Shown here: one piece after another, positions 60,506 to 64,000 of the stretch
Layout: the number at the start of each line of letters is the position of its first letter
Position numbering within the stretch: the first letter of the stretch is position 1
Assembly: GCA_041576165.1 (NCBI GenBank)
Contig: JBFGLM010000003.1
Span: 1 to 64,000, forward strand
Reading direction: 5' to 3'
Length of the DNA: 64,000 bases
From: Acidimicrobiia bacterium
GTDB lineage: Bacteria; Actinomycetota; Acidimicrobiia; Spongiisociales; Spongiisociaceae
The notes under the pieces: model-generated
What the model saw: the letters and a program-made list of their open reading frames with translations, nothing else
Told to the model about the DNA's origin: nothing
The model's database searches: none
Made by a program: the position numbers and the translations under genes

Positions 60506-61795
60506 GTGGAATACATCAAAGCTCCCGTCCGCCCGCCGGATCAGGTCACCGACGAGGTGCGGTCGACGGTGTCGCAGATAATCAGTGAGGTCGAACGGGA
60601 CGGCGACAAGGCGGTTCGGCGCTACTCCGAGCGGTTCGACAACTGGAGTCCAGAGTCTTTCCGAGTGCAGCAGCCGACGATCGATCGGGCCTACGAGGAC
60701 ATGCACGCCGACGATGAGGTGCACAACGCGTCCCGTTTCCTGATCGAACAGGTGCGCAACTTCGCCCAGTTGCAGCGCGACACCTTGGTCGACTTCGAAA
60801 CCGAAACCCTGCCCGGCGTCTTCCTCGGGCAGAAACACATACCCATCAACAACGTCGGTGCCTACTCGCCCGGCGGCCTCTACCCGCTCATTGCCTCGGC
60901 GGTCATGACGGTCGCCACCGGTAAGGTCGCCGGAGTGCCGCGGGTGGTGGCAGCTGCGCCGCCCAAGGACGCCAAGGGCATCCATCCGCCGCAGCTATGG
61001 GCGATGGCCGAGTCCGGCGCCGATGAGATCTTTTGTGTAGGCGGTGTACAAGCACTGGCCGGCATGGCTTTCGGCCTCGAGGACAGTGAACCGGTCGACA
61101 TGATCGTGGGTCCGGGCAACGCCTACGTCGCTGAAGCGAAACGCCAGCTTTTCGGTCTAGTTGGGATCGACCTCCTCGCCGGACCCACCGAAATCATGAT
61201 CATCGCCGACGAAACCGGCGACCCCGGGATCCTGGCGTGTGATTTGCTGGGCCAGGCAGAGCACGGTCCCACCTCACCCGCCATCCTCGCTACCACCAGC
61301 GAAGAGGTCGGCCGGGAGACCATCAAAGAGGTCGAGAGGTGGCTCGAGTCGTGGCCGACGGCCGACGTCTCCCGCCGGGCCTGGGAGGACTACGGCACCG
61401 TCATCCTCGTCAACGACCACAGTGAGCTGGCCCGGGTTGCCGATGACATTGCGCCCGAGCACCTGGAGGTCCATACGTCGAATGATCAGTGGTTTGTCGA
61501 CAACCTCAAGAACTACGGGTCGCTGTTCATCGGTACTCAGGCGACTGTTGCGTTCTCGGACAAGGGCATCGGGACGAATCACACCCTGCCGACGATGCGG
61601 GCCGCCAGATATACCGGTGGACTATGGGTCGGCAAATTCCTGAAGACCGTGACGACCCAGCGGTGTACGCCGCAGGGTTCCAGCATCGTGGCGGAGCCCA
61701 CCGCGGTAGTGGCCGATGCAGAGCTGATGTTCGGACACGCGGTCAGCTCCCGTCTTCGCCTCAATCCGGAGTATTTCCCGGACGCCGTGCGATGA
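60506..61795 (+). CDS. hisD: Histidinol dehydrogenase family protein, probably an HpsN-like paralogue
   Basis: YSPGG, GGVQA, GPGNAYVAEAK, AGPTE, QAEH, APEHLE, GTNHTLPT. The symbol is family-level only. Confidence 0.8.
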   Translation: MEYIKAPVRPPDQVTDEVRSTVSQIISEVERDGDKAVRRYSERFDNWSPESFRVQQPTIDRAYEDMHADDEVHNASRFLIEQVRNFAQLQRDTLVDFETETLPGVFLGQKHIPINNVGAYSPGGLYPLIASAVMTVATGKVAGVPRVVAAAPPKDAKGIHPPQLWAMAESGADEIFCVGGVQALAGMAFGLEDSEPVDMIVGPGNAYVAEAKRQLFGLVGIDLLAGPTEIMIIADETGDPGILACDLLGQAEHGPTSPAILATTSEEVGRETIKEVERWLESWPTADVSRRAWEDYGTVILVNDHSELARVADDIAPEHLEVHTSNDQWFVDNLKNYGSLFIGTQATVAFSDKGIGTNHTLPTMRAARYTGGLWVGKFLKTVTTQRCTPQGSSIVAEPTAVVADAELMFGHAVSSRLRLNPEYFPDAVR

Positions 61796-62562
61796 GCGGA
61801 GTAACGATCGTCACGGGTGCCAGTCAGGGGATCGGTCGGGCCATTGCTCTCGGGTTTGCCCGCCAAGGCGGTGCGGTGGTGCTGGCTGCGCGCAACCGCG
61901 ACAACCTGCACACTGTGTCGCGAGAAGTTGTTGAGGCGGGTGGCACACCGATGGTCGTGCCGACCGACGTCTCGGATCGGGACAGCGTGGAGCACATGGT
62001 CGCTACGGTGATCGAGGAACACGGACGCGTTGACACGATGGTCAACAACAGCGGGATCGGTGGCCCGTCGGCCTGCCTGTGGGAGATAGACGAGTCCGAT
62101 TGGGACCGGACGATGGATGTGAACGTGAAGGGCGTGTTCCTGGGCTGCCGGGCGGTGATCCCGCACATGATCCGTCAGAGCAGCGGTTCCATCATTGTGA
62201 TCGGATCAATCAGCGGGAAGCGGCCTCTGTACGGGCGTACCCCCTACACGACTTCCAAGATGGCGCTGGTGGGACTGGTCCGGACTCTCGCAATGGAGGT
62301 TGGCGAGTATGGGATTCGGGCGAACCTGATCTCGCCCGGGTTCGTGTCCGGACCCCGCATCGATTGGGTCATCGGCGCTCAGGCGGAGGCACGCGGCATC
62401 ACCGAGGCGGAGGTGCGGGCGGAGTTCGAGAATCAAAGCCCGCTGCAACAGTTGACCGAGGCCGGCGACATCGCGGACATGTGCGTGTTCCTGGCCTCCG
62501 ATCGGGCCAAAGCGATCACCGGAACGGACATGAACGTGAATGCCGGTGTGGTGATGTATTGA
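61792..62562 (+). CDS. SDR family oxidoreductase
   Basis: TGASQGIG, NNSG, YTTSK catalytic motif; ATGA overlap with the hisD-like gene. Confidence 0.9.
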   Translation: MSGVTIVTGASQGIGRAIALGFARQGGAVVLAARNRDNLHTVSREVVEAGGTPMVVPTDVSDRDSVEHMVATVIEEHGRVDTMVNNSGIGGPSACLWEIDESDWDRTMDVNVKGVFLGCRAVIPHMIRQSSGSIIVIGSISGKRPLYGRTPYTTSKMALVGLVRTLAMEVGEYGIRANLISPGFVSGPRIDWVIGAQAEARGITEAEVRAEFENQSPLQQLTEAGDIADMCVFLASDRAKAITGTDMNVNAGVVMY

Positions 62563-62587
62563 TCGAAGCGGACGGAGGAGGCACAAC

Positions 62588-63274
62588 ATGTCGCGACTCG
62601 TAGATCTTTCCCAGCCCATATACGAAGGGATGATGGTTTATCCGGGACACCTCAAGACGGTGACGTTCCAGCACGCGACCCATGAAGAGACCGCCCCCCG
62701 GTTCGAAAGCGACTTCAGCTTCCAGACCTGGGGTTTCATTCTCAACGACAACGGACCGACGCACGTGGATGCTTGGTCGCATCTCGATCCGGATCCCAAC
62801 GCCGACTCGATCGAGAAGATGCCACTGGAGTTGTTCTACGGCCCGGCGCTGTGCCTCGACGTGTCCCAAGCTGCCCCGCGCACCGACATCACCGCCGAAC
62901 ACTTGGATGAGGCCCTCGACAAGTCCGGTCTGGCGCTGAACGAGGGCGACATGTGCTTCTTCTACACGGGGACGTACGACCGCTACGCCGGAAAACCCGA
63001 GTATCTGACGGATTTCGCCGGGATCGGTGAAACGGGTGCCCGCTGGATCGTAGACAAGGGCATCAAGACTTTCGGGGTGGATTCACCCACGCCGGACAAT
63101 CCGGCGTCAACGACCTATCCGGTGCATCTGATGAGCCGGGATGAGCGCATCACGCACTATGAGAATCTGGTGCTCACCGAGGTGGTGGGGACCCGTTTCA
63201 CGTTCGTGGGCTTTCCCCTGAAGGTGGTCGGAGCGCATGGCGGCCCCACTCGGGCGGTAGCGATCATCGACTGA
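62588..63274 (+). CDS. Cyclase (kynurenine formamidase-like) family protein
   Basis: VDLSQPI, GPTHVDAWSH, GVDSPTPD, HYENL, GGPTRAVA; GGAGG RBS. Confidence 0.87.
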   Translation: MSRLVDLSQPIYEGMMVYPGHLKTVTFQHATHEETAPRFESDFSFQTWGFILNDNGPTHVDAWSHLDPDPNADSIEKMPLELFYGPALCLDVSQAAPRTDITAEHLDEALDKSGLALNEGDMCFFYTGTYDRYAGKPEYLTDFAGIGETGARWIVDKGIKTFGVDSPTPDNPASTTYPVHLMSRDERITHYENLVLTEVVGTRFTFVGFPLKVVGAHGGPTRAVAIID

Positions 63275-63335
63275 GTCGCCGCGAGGACGGTGGTGGCCCC
63301 GGACCGTTCGAGAGCGACTCCACCTCCGCCGGGCC

Positions 63336-64000
63336 TCAGGGCGACCAGGTTGCGTTGATCCCGTCGGCGATCAGTATGGGTGATCCTGAGTCAATTGGTT
63401 GGACCCAGATGCCGGCCGCTCCGCCGTGGGTGCCTCCGGCGTAGACGAAGGCAGACGAGTCGGGCGACCAGAGAGAAACGCTGCGCTCGTACTGGTCGAA
63501 GAAGCTGAGGTAGCCGTTGCCGAACCGCGACGTCGGTGTGAACGCTTCGTAAGTGGTGGCGCCCGATCCATTCCACTCGTGCCATTGAATCTTCTGTATC
63601 CCGTCCATGAATGCGATGGTGCTGAACAGCAAGTGCTCGCCGTCGGGGCTCCAGGCCCATGAGACCGCCCGACCTTCGGCCACCGGAGTGACCGCGCCGT
63701 CCTCGAGGTCGATCACCACCAGATTCTCCGGCACCAGGATGGGGAGATCGGACAGGGTGGATTCGCTGATTTCGACGCCTTCGGGGGTCCAGGTGCTCAT
63801 CACTGCCAGCCGGTCAGTGTGTTCGTGGGTGACGACCGCCGCCGGGGCACTGAATCGGATCAGAGGGAGAGGATTGACCCCATTGGGACTGGCCACGGTG
63901 AGTATCTCTCCTACCTCACCGCCGTCGACCGAGTAGATGATGCGTTCGCCGGTGTGAGTTCCCACCCGGAACTGTCCATCCGTGGGGATGGTGGTCAGCG
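63336..64000 (-). CDS. TolB-like beta-propeller protein (5' end outside window)
   Basis: Repeated WSPDG/WSPDS/WSP motifs; frame open to the window edge. Confidence 0.65.
   Translation of the reverse strand, partial: LTTIPTDGQFRVGTHTGERIIYSVDGGEVGEILTVASPNGVNPLPLIRFSAPAAVVTHEHTDRLAVMSTWTPEGVEISESTLSDLPILVPENLVVIDLEDGAVTPVAEGRAVSWAWSPDGEHLLFSTIAFMDGIQKIQWHEWNGSGATTYEAFTPTSRFGNGYLSFFDQYERSVSLWSPDSSAFVYAGGTHGGAAGIWVQPIDSGSPILIADGINATWSP

Overview
GC-rich bacterial chromosomal window. Gene content (hspR, DUF3151, single-chain gcvP, SLH-like repeats, leaderless TANNNT promoters) suggests Actinomycetota, probably Acidimicrobiia; this is an inference. Most of it is housekeeping: acetoacetate-CoA ligase, purA-purD, ppk1-sixA, dxs, an Aap/Bzt-type amino-acid ABC importer, gcvP behind a tandem glycine riboswitch, menB, clpB, mscL, a dnaK-grpE-X-dnaJ-hspR operon and rpmB. 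I saw no transposase, integrase, CRISPR array, rRNA or tRNA. Two things stand out. (1) An extra gene in the dnaK operon (52370-53404) encodes a J-domain/DnaJ-C protein fused to a GrpE beta-domain, a layout that matches a grpE'-dnaJ tandem duplication. (2) A hidden selenoprotein (36862-37794) is split in the ORF track by an in-frame TGA that lies in a PrdB-like UxxC motif and is followed by a SECIS-like hairpin. Also noted: a variant HAIR operator shared by dnaK and clpB, a 139-bp REPIN-like nested palindrome, an unannotated 42-aa lipoprotein, a motif-less archease, a PadR/HAAS-NfeD/SPFH module and an HpsN-like HisD paralogue cluster. All family assignments come from motif recognition by eye, not database searches.
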